64,000 nucleotides of DNA from Tolypothrix carrinoi HA7290-LM1 (GTDB lineage Bacteria; Cyanobacteriota; Cyanobacteriia; Cyanobacteriales; Nostocaceae), in the NCBI GenBank assembly GCA_019358935.1, contig JAHHIK010000031.1, positions 1-64,000 of the forward strand, read 5' to 3'. Position 1 is the stretch's first letter. Each line of letters begins with the position of its first letter. The notes below the pieces were generated by a model. It searched no databases, was not told the origin of the DNA, and saw only the letters and a list, made by a program, of their open reading frames with translations. Positions 10,986 through 20,652 of this stretch are shown here, piece by piece. The translations under genes and the position numbers were made by a program.

Positions 10986-11540
10986 TTATGCTGAAAAGTT
11001 TCCTGTTACCTTAAAAACTTGTATCTGAAACGAATTAGCTACATTCCCCTTTCGATGTGACTGAATGCTAGAGGTTAATCCGTTACGAATAGCCCCAGTT
11101 AACTCGCTAAATTTTGCTCTTTTTGCGTCATTATTAGAAGTTGAGTTAATTTCCTTGCTATAACGAATTGGTACGAGTACAGCCCCAATTGTTGTAGGCT
11201 GGTTTTTGACACCATTTCGCTGAATTTGTATGTTGCTTGAATCCGATGTTGGAGGTTGTCGATCTACTCTCCATAATTTATCTTGGCTATTTCCAATCGT
11301 TCCTGTGCTTCCGGTATAATTACCGGCATCTACAACAGTTGTAGCAAACTTTGCAGTACCAACACTTGTAAATGCCGGACTAAAGTTTCCATTACCTTCA
11401 ACTTTAAGTGCAGCAAAAGCCGATGGAATGTTAAGTACGTTAAAACTAACAGCAATAAAAAGGATAATTAGTAAGCTGTTAAAAGTCTTAAGCTTGATTT
11501 TTATTGAACTAAATAACAACGAAAAAAAGTTTATTTTCAT
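10986..11540 (-). CDS. Hypothetical secreted protein (184 aa)
   Basis: ATG start with upstream AGGAAG, a hydrophobic stretch ending PSAFA|A, and no recognisable domain. Confidence 0.65.
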   Translation of the reverse strand: MKINFFSLLFSSIKIKLKTFNSLLIILFIAVSFNVLNIPSAFAALKVEGNGNFSPAFTSVGTAKFATTVVDAGNYTGSTGTIGNSQDKLWRVDRQPPTSDSSNIQIQRNGVKNQPTTIGAVLVPIRYSKEINSTSNNDAKRAKFSELTGAIRNGLTSSIQSHRKGNVANSFQIQVFKVTGNFSA

Positions 11541-11745
11541 TTATTCTTCCTTTGAGTACAATAAATAACTTCGTTATTGTAACAAAAGCAATTATCAAAA
11601 TCTCTCAAAAAAGAGTAATTTTAGAAAATATATATCTTGAGATAGATACCATAATTGGTAATTTTAAATAGCCAAGTAAATATATAGGTGTCAGTCATAT
11701 GAACTTATGCAATTTTTCAGCAAATCAGCGATAAAACTTTAAAAT

Positions 11746-11975
11746 CATTCTTTGCCAGTACAGCTAGTAGTCTCAAGTTCTCAGATGGTAGCGAGTTTAG
11801 CGCTATTAATCCTCAAGCACCATCGTTGCTAACAATTAATATTCGTCCGGGATTGCAATATGCAGTCAGTGAACCAAGTGTAAGTATTGCCAATGTGGGA
11901 AATTTAGCACTAAAGCCAGGACAAATCACACTATGCGGTAGCACTGTCACCAACACTGGTTCACTAACGACGTTG
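11746..11975 (+). pseudogene. Remnant of a third haemagglutinin-family gene
   Basis: Translates FFASTASSLKFSDGSEFSAINPQAPSLLTINIRPGLQY...GNLALKPGQITL, matching the segment after the TPS domain in the two upstream paralogues. Confidence 0.75.
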
Positions 11976-12071
11976 ACATCCAGATTTTTTTGTGCCCAGC
12001 GTGTTAGGAGCGATCGCTCCTAACTCCCGTACAGACGTTCCACACTCCCACGTCTCTACTGCGCTTGGCAA

Positions 12072-12677
12072 TTAAAGAGTAATTTTCTTACCTCTTTCGG
12101 TGAAGCGAACCTGTTTAATATTTAATTGAGCATTGCTTGTCAAACTTTTGCGAAGGCTACCAAATAAAGCAAACTGTTCGCAATGGGAAAGAGAAACTAA
12201 CTGCCGTTTGGAATCAGGAGATACTCGTAAATCTACGGTGGCTATACGATTTTTTACATTTACACGATAACCAGATAAATTAAAATCGCCTGTATCTTGT
12301 TGCTCTATGATTTTACCCACAATACCCGTTGCAGGTTCTGATGCTGGCACTGAAACTGTATTTGGAATCAGTTCTTGACATTCGCTGTCACTTGTGTATA
12401 GGGTAATATTAATAGTCTTGTCAGTAGCAGCTTGAGAAGTTGACAAAGCGGTATTTTCAGTAAAGGGTTCTGTAGAAAAAGGCTGCTCGACGCTCGATTT
12501 AGCTCGCAGTTGAGCCTGGGTTGGGATTTGGGATGAAAGACTGTTGGTTGGTGTTGTTGTGGCTGCTGTAGCGGTTTGGTCGAGATTCCGAGAAGCTTGG
12601 TTAGAATTACAACTGCTGATGCTGGCGGCGATCGCTACAACAATAAAAGGGATAATATACCTGTTATTTGTATTCAT
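12072..12677 (-). CDS. GerMN-like lipoprotein (sporulation/spore germination family)
   Basis: Lipobox-like AASISSC. C-terminal ATVDLRV...SLSHCEQFALFGSLRKSLT.N...IKQVRFTERG resembles cyanobacterial GerMN-like proteins. Confidence 0.7.
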   Translation of the reverse strand: MNTNNRYIIPFIVVAIAASISSCNSNQASRNLDQTATAATTTPTNSLSSQIPTQAQLRAKSSVEQPFSTEPFTENTALSTSQAATDKTINITLYTSDSECQELIPNTVSVPASEPATGIVGKIIEQQDTGDFNLSGYRVNVKNRIATVDLRVSPDSKRQLVSLSHCEQFALFGSLRKSLTSNAQLNIKQVRFTERGKKITL

Positions 12678-12879
12678 AATTTTGTCGCTGGATTGTTTTA
12701 TCAACTTCAGTGTGGCTAGTATAAAATCCGCAGAAATTATCGATAAATGGTATGAGTTAATTTTGGTTGTTTCAAGGCGATCGCGCACGTAACGACGACA
12801 ATGTTATTTTCACAGGCTAAATAGGGAAACATACATACTGAAGTCTACTTCAAACCCCTAGCTAGCAACCGATGAGATT

Positions 12880-15498
12880 ATGGCTTGCAATTCCATCACC
12901 GTAGATAAAAGTATTTATGAATCTCTTCAACAAGAATTGGTAGAACTGCGTCAGATAGTTTCTCAGTTGCAATCGCAAAAAGAAGTACCTGTATGTAAAA
13001 GCGAAGCCTGGTTTGCACGCTTGGCAGACAATGTACCAGGGGTAATTTACCAATTTCAGCTTTTCAGTGATGGTACTGTATCGTTTCCTTATGTTTCTTC
13101 TGGATGTCGAGAGCTTTATGAATTGGAACCTTCACAAGTGTACCAAAATCCACAATTGTTATTTGCAGTGGTTCATCCTGAAGACCTTCCTGGGTTACAG
13201 GAAACAATTGCCATCTCGACTCAAACCTTAGAAAACTGGGAATATGAGTGGCTAACTATCACACCTTCTGGGAAGCAAAAATGGTTGAAAGGAATTTCTA
13301 AACCAGAACCACAATCAGATGGCTCGATTCTTTGGGATGGCTGCATAATTGATGTTAGCGATCGCAAACAAGCAGAAATAGCGCTGCAACTCTTGAATGA
13401 AGAGTTAGAAGTTAAATTTCAGGAACGTACAGCAGCCTTACATGAGAAAACTTCAGAATTAGAGGCTATGCTTAATGCCTTTCCTGACTTATTCTTTCGA
13501 TTGGCTGCCGATAGCACTATTTTAGATTATAAAGCTAGCTCTCAAAATGCTGAATTGTATGTTCCAGCAGAGGTATTTTTAGGAAAGCGGATGGTGGAAG
13601 TTCTTCCTCCAGAAGTTGGAGAAAAGATGCAGCAAGCAATTGTCCAAGTTCAAGAAACTTCATCTTTAGTGAGTGTAGAGTATTCGCTATCAATGCCCAA
13701 CGGTGAAGAATACTACGAGGCGCGGCTCGTTCCCTTTACTAATGATAACATCATTGTGATTGTGAGAAATGTCAGCGAAGAGCAAACTGCATTACGCGAT
13801 CGCTCAAAAGCAGAAGCTCGACTGCAAGAGCAAGAGCAGTTTTTACGCAGTATATACGATGGAGTTGAATGCTCTATATTTGTCATCGACGTTTTAGAAA
13901 ATGGCGAATTTCGTTCTGGGGGTTGGAATTTAAACGCAGAAAAAGCAACGGGTAAGCGTAGTGCTGAAGTAGTTGGTAAAAGCTTAACAGAAATTTTTGG
14001 TGCGACTAAAGCCGCAGAAATACATCATAAATGTAACACTTGCCTCGTTGCAGGCGTTGCTATCTCTTTTGAAGAATGCCTCACATTACGCGGTGAAGAA
14101 AAGTGGTTACTAACTACATTCAATCCTCTCAAAGACAGCGAAGGGAGAATTTATCGTTTAATAGGAACAACTTTTTATATTACAGAGCGTAAAAAAGCAG
14201 AAGAAGCACTTAAAGCTAGCCAGCATTTCATTCAACGTATTACTGACTCGATTCCTAATACTATTTATATCTACGACTTAGAAGAACAGCGCAATATATA
14301 CGCGAATCATGAAATAGCTGAAATTCTCGGCTACTCAATTGAAGAAGTTCAAGAAATGGGAGCAGAATTTCTGACCAATACTCTTCATCCAGACGATTGG
14401 GAAAAAGTCATAACCTATCACCAAAAATTTCCTAGCGCTGTTGATGGCGAGATTTTTGAGATTGAGTATCGAATGAAAGATGCAAATGGAAAATGGCATT
14501 GGGTTTACAGTCGAGACACGTCTTTCAGCCGTAATGCTGACGGTAAAGTAAAACAACTTCTTGGTGTGGCAACTGATATCACCGTTCGTAAAGAAGCAGA
14601 AATTAAATTGCAACAACAGGCTGAGTATTTAGAAAACACTTTAAACCAATTACAACGCACCCAAGCTAAACTCATCCAAAGCGAGAAAATGTCTTCGTTG
14701 GGTAATATGGTTGCAGGTGTAGCTCATGAAATTAACAATCCGGTTAACTTTATTCATGCTAATCTGACTCCCGCTTGTGAATACTCCCAAGATTTGCTGC
14801 AACTAGTAGAACTTTATCAACAATACTACCCCAATTCACCAGAAGAAATTGAAGAAAAAATCGAAGACATTGACCTTGATTTTATCAAAGAAGATTTAAT
14901 GAAACTTCTTCAGTCGATGCGAGTCGGAACTCAGCGCATCCGTGAAATCGTTTTGTCACTGCGGAATTTTTCTCGTTTGGATGAGGCTGAATTTAAGCAA
15001 GTAAACATCCATGAGGGAATCGAAAGTACGCTGATGATTTTGCACAACCGTCTGAAAGCTAAACCAGAACATCCAGAAATCTCGGTTATTAAAGAGTATG
15101 GCAAACTTCCCGCAGTTGAGTGCTATCCCGGTCAACTAAATCAGGTATTTATGAATATCTTTGCCAATTCTATAGATGCTTTAGAAGAGTCATTTGTCAA
15201 GAACAAAGAACAAAAAATTAATCCACAGATTTGCATTAGTACTGAAGTCGTTAATAGCAATTGGATAGCAATCAGAATCGCAGATAATGGTCAAGGCATT
15301 CCACCAGAAATACTTTCAAAACTATTTGACCCTTTCTTTACTACGAAAGATGTAGGTAAAGGTACAGGATTAGGGCTATCTATAAGTTATCAAATTGTGG
15401 TAGATAAACATGGTGGTAAATTATCTTGTCACTCAATACTTGGACAAGGTGCAGAATTTGTAATTGAAATTCCTGTTATTCAGGTGAAAGGGAGTTAG
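12880..15498 (+). CDS. Multi-PAS sensor histidine kinase
   Basis: About four PAS/PAC repeats, H-box GVAHEINNP, N-box LNQVFMNIFANSIDA, and DNGQG and DPFFTTKDVGKGTGLGL G-boxes. Confidence 0.93.
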   Translation: MACNSITVDKSIYESLQQELVELRQIVSQLQSQKEVPVCKSEAWFARLADNVPGVIYQFQLFSDGTVSFPYVSSGCRELYELEPSQVYQNPQLLFAVVHPEDLPGLQETIAISTQTLENWEYEWLTITPSGKQKWLKGISKPEPQSDGSILWDGCIIDVSDRKQAEIALQLLNEELEVKFQERTAALHEKTSELEAMLNAFPDLFFRLAADSTILDYKASSQNAELYVPAEVFLGKRMVEVLPPEVGEKMQQAIVQVQETSSLVSVEYSLSMPNGEEYYEARLVPFTNDNIIVIVRNVSEEQTALRDRSKAEARLQEQEQFLRSIYDGVECSIFVIDVLENGEFRSGGWNLNAEKATGKRSAEVVGKSLTEIFGATKAAEIHHKCNTCLVAGVAISFEECLTLRGEEKWLLTTFNPLKDSEGRIYRLIGTTFYITERKKAEEALKASQHFIQRITDSIPNTIYIYDLEEQRNIYANHEIAEILGYSIEEVQEMGAEFLTNTLHPDDWEKVITYHQKFPSAVDGEIFEIEYRMKDANGKWHWVYSRDTSFSRNADGKVKQLLGVATDITVRKEAEIKLQQQAEYLENTLNQLQRTQAKLIQSEKMSSLGNMVAGVAHEINNPVNFIHANLTPACEYSQDLLQLVELYQQYYPNSPEEIEEKIEDIDLDFIKEDLMKLLQSMRVGTQRIREIVLSLRNFSRLDEAEFKQVNIHEGIESTLMILHNRLKAKPEHPEISVIKEYGKLPAVECYPGQLNQVFMNIFANSIDALEESFVKNKEQKINPQICISTEVVNSNWIAIRIADNGQGIPPEILSKLFDPFFTTKDVGKGTGLGLSISYQIVVDKHGGKLSCHSILGQGAEFVIEIPVIQVKGS

Positions 15499-15517
15499 GA
15501 GTTAGTAAAATTAAATT

Positions 15518-15696
15518 GTAGGGTGCGTTAGCCTTTCAGGTAACGCACCATCGACAATCTAAGGTGCGTTACGCTCTGCTAACACACCCTACACTCATTT
15601 TACATTTATTTATGAAAAACAAGATTCCCGACTTTTTAGAGAGAAGTCGGGAATCTGGGCAGCCCAATTTTCATGAACTATTTAGGATCGCTATAT
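15518..15696. repeat. REP-like GTAG double hairpin plus MITE-like palindrome between convergent genes
   Basis: GTAGGGTGCGTTA..TAACGCACC..GGTGCGTTA..TAACACACCCTAC, then AGATTCCCGACTT..AAGTCGGGAATCT and a terminal ATTTAGGATCGCTATA. Confidence 0.7.
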
Positions 15697-15700
15697 TAAA

Positions 15701-16279
15701 TTAATTCCAGACTATTTGCATATCTAGAACAAAGCCTGGTAAAACATCTTCTCCTGATAATGTTTTTGGAGATTCGAGTATTTCTACTGGTTGTCCTTGA
15801 CGATAAATTTCAACTTGACGTGCTTTGCGGTTAATTAGCCAGCCAAGCTTCACTTGGTTATCTATATATTCTTGCATTTTAGATTGTGTTTCTTGCAATC
15901 TATCAGTCGGTGACATTAACTCTAAAACGAAATCTGGGGCAATTGGCGGAAATTTTTCTTGCTGTGCTGGGGTAAGTGCATCCCATCTATCTTGTCGTAT
16001 CCAAGAAACATCGGGGGAACGATTTGCACCGTTGGGTAGTTTAAAGCAGGTGGAAGAATCAAAGCAGACTCCAAGTTTTGTTTGTCGATTCCAAAAAACA
16101 AAATCTGTCGCGATTTCAACATTACAGTTTCCTGTTTCTCCTCCGGTGGGTGACATTATAAGTAATTCTCCTTTGGCATTGCGTTCAAATTTGACATCAG
16201 GGTTTTTCCGACATAGTTCATAAAAGTCGTCGTCTGTGAGTGTAATGATGGAGTTGAAGTTTACAGTAATGTCTGTCAT
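15701..16279 (-). CDS. Uma2 family (PD-(D/E)XK) endonuclease
   Basis: FERNAKGELLIMSPTGG, FDSSTCFKLPNGANRSPDVSW, PDFVLELMSPTD, KMQEY...LGWLIN. Confidence 0.92.
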   Translation of the reverse strand: MTDITVNFNSIITLTDDDFYELCRKNPDVKFERNAKGELLIMSPTGGETGNCNVEIATDFVFWNRQTKLGVCFDSSTCFKLPNGANRSPDVSWIRQDRWDALTPAQQEKFPPIAPDFVLELMSPTDRLQETQSKMQEYIDNQVKLGWLINRKARQVEIYRQGQPVEILESPKTLSGEDVLPGFVLDMQIVWN

Positions 16280-16470
16280 GGTAATAAAGAATTTTGAAGG
16301 ACTTGTCTACAGCTTGAGGCTTTGAGTTCAAAGGTGCATCGAAGAGTGGATAATTAAGCGATCGCTTTTATGATTACAAACCCGATAATTCCATCTTCAT
16401 TATCATATTATATTTAAAAAGTCAATAAATAAGGCAAAGGCTAAAACATTAAATTTAGGAGGCAATATAG

Positions 16471-17337
16471 ATGATACGACCGCGCAAGAACTTTGCCCAG
16501 CATTGGCTGAAAAGTGAAAAGGCACTTCAGTCAATAGTAGAAGCAGCTGAATGTAACCAAAGCGATCGCGTTCTGGAAATTGGACCTGGTACCGGCATTC
16601 TCACTCGTCGTTTATTACCAAACGTCAAATCTTTAGTTGCAGTAGAAATTGACCGCGACTTGTGCAAATTATTAGTCAAGCAACTCGGTAAAAGTGATAA
16701 TTTCTTACTTTTGCAAGGAGATTTTCTCACTTTAGATTTACCATCTCATCTTGCAGGTTTTGAAGCTTTTCAAAACCCAAATAAAGTTGTAGCTAATATT
16801 CCTTACAACATCACCGGACCAATCATAGAAAAGCTACTTGGTACGATTGCCAAACCAAATCCTCAACCATTTGATTCAATAGTACTATTAGTACAAAAAG
16901 AAGTAGCAGAAAGATTATATGCTAAACCAGGCTCGAAAGCCTTTGGAGCATTAAGCGTGCGGGTACAATATTTAGCTGAGTGTAAGTTAATTTGTCCAGT
17001 ACCCGCAGCTGCATTTTCCCCACCCCCAAAAGTAGATTCAGCAGTTGTGCGGTTAGTCCCCTACCAAATAGAATTACCAGCAAATGACCCGCGACGATTG
17101 GAAACTTTGGTAAAGTTAGGATTTGGGGAAAAGCGCAAAATGTTAAGAAATAATTTGCAGTCGATTGTAGAACGCACCAGCCTGACACAATTACTAGAAA
17201 AATTAGAAATAAATCCTCAAGCTCGTGCTGAAGAACTTAGCGTCTCTCAATGGGTAGCACTGGCAAATCAGTTACAAGTTAAGAGTGAGGAGTTAGAAGT
17301 GAGGAGTGAGGAGTTAGGAGTGAGGAGTGAGGAGTGA
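16471..17337 (+). CDS. rsmA: 16S rRNA m6,2A1518/1519 dimethyltransferase
   Basis: RKNFAQHWL, VLEIGPGTG, VVANIPYNIT, QKEVAER, PPPKVDSAV. Confidence 0.96.
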   Translation: MIRPRKNFAQHWLKSEKALQSIVEAAECNQSDRVLEIGPGTGILTRRLLPNVKSLVAVEIDRDLCKLLVKQLGKSDNFLLLQGDFLTLDLPSHLAGFEAFQNPNKVVANIPYNITGPIIEKLLGTIAKPNPQPFDSIVLLVQKEVAERLYAKPGSKAFGALSVRVQYLAECKLICPVPAAAFSPPPKVDSAVVRLVPYQIELPANDPRRLETLVKLGFGEKRKMLRNNLQSIVERTSLTQLLEKLEINPQARAEELSVSQWVALANQLQVKSEELEVRSEELGVRSEE

Positions 17338-17518
17338 GGAGTGAGGAGTGAGGAGTGAGGAATTAAAAATCAAGATAAACTCCCCACTCCCAACTTGTAA
17401 CTTGCAACTTATAACTTGCAACTCCCAACTCCCAACTTATAACTTGCAACTCCTAACTCCCAACTTATAACTTGCAACTCCTAACTCCTAACTCCTAACT
17501 CCTAACTCCTAACTCTCA
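17281..17518. repeat. Short tandem heptamer arrays (GAGTGAG)n and (CTCCTAA)n/(CTTGCAA)n
   Basis: Directly visible; the first array overlaps the rsmA stop codon. Confidence 0.9.
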
Positions 17519-17520
17519 AC

Positions 17521-18462
17521 ATGCATTACACCTTAATTGCTCCAGCTAAAATCAACTTATACTTGGAAATCATAGGCGATCGCGCAGATAACTACCACGA
17601 GTTAGCTATGATACTCCAAAGTATCGACTTGGCAGACGAAATTGAGTTGCATTCCATCAGCACTGACACGATTCGCGTCCACTGCAACCATCCGCAAGTA
17701 CCGACAGACCGAAGTAATCTGGCATACCGAGCAGCCGAATTAATGGCAACGGAATTTCCTAACACCTTTGCTAAATATGGAGGTGTAGAAATTACCATCA
17801 CCAAGCGCATTCCTGTAGCTGCGGGTTTAGCTGGGGGTTCGACGAATGCAGCAGCGGTTTTGGTAGGAATAGATTTATTGTGGAAGTTGGGACTAACTCA
17901 GTCAGAATTAGAAGAACTGGGAGCTACTTTAGGTTCAGATGTACCATTCTGCGTTGCGGGTGGAACAGCGATCGCTACAGGTAGAGGTGAACAACTTTCT
18001 CCCCTGCCAAGTTTAAATAATATATATATAGTATTGGGTAAATTCAAAAGCTTAGAAGTTTCTACTCCTTGGGCTTATAAAAGCTATCGACAAGAGTATA
18101 GTGATTCTTACATTAGAGATAGCGATAATTTGGCAATTCGTGCGTCAGCAGTACATTCAGGAGAAATGGTAAAAGCTATTCTGCATCAAGATGTCAAAGA
18201 AATCGCCCAAAAACTGCATAATGATTTAGAAAAGGTAGTATTACCAGCTTATCCGCAAGTATTGCAGTTGCGAGAAACTTTTGCAAATGCCGGAGTTTTG
18301 GGTACAATGATGTCTGGTTCTGGACCAAGTGTGTTTGCGCTGTGTGAGTCTCAAGAACATGCAGAACAAGTTAAGCTGCAAGTCGGGAGTGCGACGAAGA
18401 ACGAAGATTTAGAATTGTTTGTAACTAAAGCGATCGCACATGGAATTCAAATTGCATCTTAA
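17521..18462 (+). CDS. ispE: 4-diphosphocytidyl-2-C-methyl-D-erythritol kinase
   Basis: APAKINLYL, KRIPVAAGLAGGSTNAAA, LGSDVPF, MMSGSGPSVF. Confidence 0.96.
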   Translation: MHYTLIAPAKINLYLEIIGDRADNYHELAMILQSIDLADEIELHSISTDTIRVHCNHPQVPTDRSNLAYRAAELMATEFPNTFAKYGGVEITITKRIPVAAGLAGGSTNAAAVLVGIDLLWKLGLTQSELEELGATLGSDVPFCVAGGTAIATGRGEQLSPLPSLNNIYIVLGKFKSLEVSTPWAYKSYRQEYSDSYIRDSDNLAIRASAVHSGEMVKAILHQDVKEIAQKLHNDLEKVVLPAYPQVLQLRETFANAGVLGTMMSGSGPSVFALCESQEHAEQVKLQVGSATKNEDLELFVTKAIAHGIQIAS

Positions 18463-18476
18463 CAGAACGTAGTCGT

Positions 18477-19259
18477 ATGAATTCTCCATTTCCAGGGATG
18501 AATCCTTATCTGGAAAATCCCGCATTTTGGTCAGAAGTACATCATCGGTTAATCGCAGTCATAGCTGACGAAATTGAGCCAAACATACCTTCTCAATATC
18601 GAGTTGCGATTGAGCAACGTACTTATTTAAGTGATGAAGAGGATTCTATATTAGTAGGCATCCCGGATGTGACTATTTTTTCTCAACAATCAAATCAGAA
18701 AGAGCATTCATCAACGACTACACAAGTATCTACCACAGATGGGGTAACGGTGACAATACCCATACCAGAAAATGTCACAGAAAGTTACTTAGAAATTCGA
18801 GAGATAGACACGGGATTTGTTGTGACAACAATTGAAATTCTCTCTCCTAAAAACAAACGAGCAGGTGAAGGAAGAAAAGCTTATGAACGAAAGCGAAAAC
18901 AAGTTTTAGCCAGTCTGACGCATTTAGTAGAAATTGATTTACTCAGAAATGGTCGGCAAATGTCTTTATTAGGAGAAGTGCCAGCAACAGATTATCGCAT
19001 AGTTGTTAGTCAAAGTGAAACTCGCCCTCAAGCTAAATTATACGGCTTTAGCGTTCGCGAAAAAATTCCTACTTTCGTGTTACCTTTGCAGTCAGGAGAT
19101 AGAAAAGTGATTTTAGATTTGCAACCTTTATTAAATAGAATATATACTCGTGCCAGATTTTATTTAACTATTGATTACAATCAAGAGCCAATACCACCAC
19201 TAAAAGCAGAGGATAAAGCATGGGCTGATACAATTATACGCGGACTAGGTAATGGGTAA
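18477..19259 (+). CDS. DUF4058 family protein
   Basis: MNSPFPGMNPYLE..FWSEVH, PDV, YLEIRE, IEILSPKNK, HLVEIDLLR. Confidence 0.85.
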   Translation: MNSPFPGMNPYLENPAFWSEVHHRLIAVIADEIEPNIPSQYRVAIEQRTYLSDEEDSILVGIPDVTIFSQQSNQKEHSSTTTQVSTTDGVTVTIPIPENVTESYLEIREIDTGFVVTTIEILSPKNKRAGEGRKAYERKRKQVLASLTHLVEIDLLRNGRQMSLLGEVPATDYRIVVSQSETRPQAKLYGFSVREKIPTFVLPLQSGDRKVILDLQPLLNRIYTRARFYLTIDYNQEPIPPLKAEDKAWADTIIRGLGNG

Positions 19260-19415
19260 TGGGTAATGGGTAATGGGTAATGGGGAATGGGGAATGGGGA
19301 ATGACCAATTACCTATTCCCAATTACCAATTCCCAACTACCAACTACCAACTACCAACTACCAATTACCAATTCGCTATTACCAATTACCAATTCCCAAT
19401 TACCAATTCCCAATT
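19247..19415. repeat. Inverted pair of STRR arrays (GGTAATG)n / (CAATTAC, CAATTCC)n
   Basis: Directly visible. Confidence 0.9.
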
Positions 19416-19417
19416 TT

Positions 19418-19732
19418 ATGAGTGACCCAAATTTAATTGAACAACCAGAGACACAAAAAAATACAGCGACTCCATTACGGTGTTTAATTGGATCGATAAT
19501 TTCTGGAGGACTTACGATCGCATCATACTCTTTATTAAATGCGATCGCTATCAGTTTCGCCACGAACCCCATCCATTCACAAAACCAATTAACTATCAGA
19601 ATTTCCTCCGCAGTGCGTACCCTAGTTATAGGTGTATTCACCTTAGGAACAGGGGTATTTGCGATCGTCGCTCTTGGTTTGTTCGCTTTAGGAATACAAT
19701 TACTGCTACAACAGTTTAAACAAAAAAGTTAA
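19418..19732 (+). CDS. Small membrane protein (DUF3082-like)
   Basis: MSDP...TPLRCLIGSIISGG...ISSAVRTLVIG with two hydrophobic helices. The upstream extension in the ORF track is STRR-derived. Confidence 0.75.
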   Translation: MSDPNLIEQPETQKNTATPLRCLIGSIISGGLTIASYSLLNAIAISFATNPIHSQNQLTIRISSAVRTLVIGVFTLGTGVFAIVALGLFALGIQLLLQQFKQKS

Positions 19733-20559
19733 ACTGAGCCGACATTTTGCAGTATAAATTGATGCTTTTTCCGCCAGGTTTGGGGAGGTATCTCGTTGTG
19801 TTGACGGAACTGACGGGAAAAGTGACATGCATTTTGGTAGCCGAGACTTGTAGCAATTTGCTCAATACTTTGGTCACTATTTTGAAGTAAATTACGTGCT
19901 TCTGCCATTCTGCGCTTCACAATCCAAGTATTTACGGTGTCTCCCGTTTTTTTTGCCACTCGATTAGTTAAGTAAGCGGAGGAATAACCAACTGCTTGAG
20001 CGACATCACACAAAGTAATTCCTTCTTGATAATGAGCTTCGATATAATCAAAAACTTCTTTGAGTTGAGGAATTGATGGAAAGCTGAACTCAAGAGGTTC
20101 TTCGGTTGAAGTCTTTGGTGTGGGTAACGAAGCTGACATTTGATGAGAATTGATCGCACACCAGTAGCGAATCTGAGTTTGCTTTTCTAATCGGGTAGCG
20201 ATCGCTCTGAGCAATTGCTCTACTGTACACGGTTTGGTAAGATAGTCATCTGCGCCCAATTCCATGCCTTTACGCATATCTTCTGTGGTGTTGCTGCCAG
20301 TCAGAAAAATGAAGGGAATAATCGCTGTTATCGGCTCTTGCCGCAGCGCAGCGAGAACCGCATAACCATCCATATCCGGCATCATAATATCACAAATTAT
20401 CAAGTCCGGTGAATGCTCTTGTGCTTGCTGGATGCCAGTAACACCGTTATGAGCAGCTATAGTATCAAAACCTTCAGCTTGCAGACTGTCTAAGAAGAGA
20501 TTGCGGGTGATTGCATTATCTTCAATTACGAGAATTTTTTTGGCTGATTGTTGCATCAT
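19729..20559 (-). CDS. Response regulator (receiver + AraC HTH), putative scytonemin regulator
   Basis: ILVIEDN, PDLIICDIMMP, DDYLTKP, and C-terminal AraC HTH (IATSLGYQNACHFSRQFRQ). Its position divergent from scyA matches the known scytonemin two-component pair. Confidence 0.9.
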   Translation of the reverse strand: MMQQSAKKILVIEDNAITRNLFLDSLQAEGFDTIAAHNGVTGIQQAQEHSPDLIICDIMMPDMDGYAVLAALRQEPITAIIPFIFLTGSNTTEDMRKGMELGADDYLTKPCTVEQLLRAIATRLEKQTQIRYWCAINSHQMSASLPTPKTSTEEPLEFSFPSIPQLKEVFDYIEAHYQEGITLCDVAQAVGYSSAYLTNRVAKKTGDTVNTWIVKRRMAEARNLLQNSDQSIEQIATSLGYQNACHFSRQFRQHNEIPPQTWRKKHQFILQNVGSV

Positions 20560-20652
20560 AATTAAATTACCAGAATTTTTAGTAGAAAATAAACACTCTT
20601 TCTTTATGCCGAGTACTTAATTAGTGCTGAATTTTCAGTTTGTAATAAAAAC

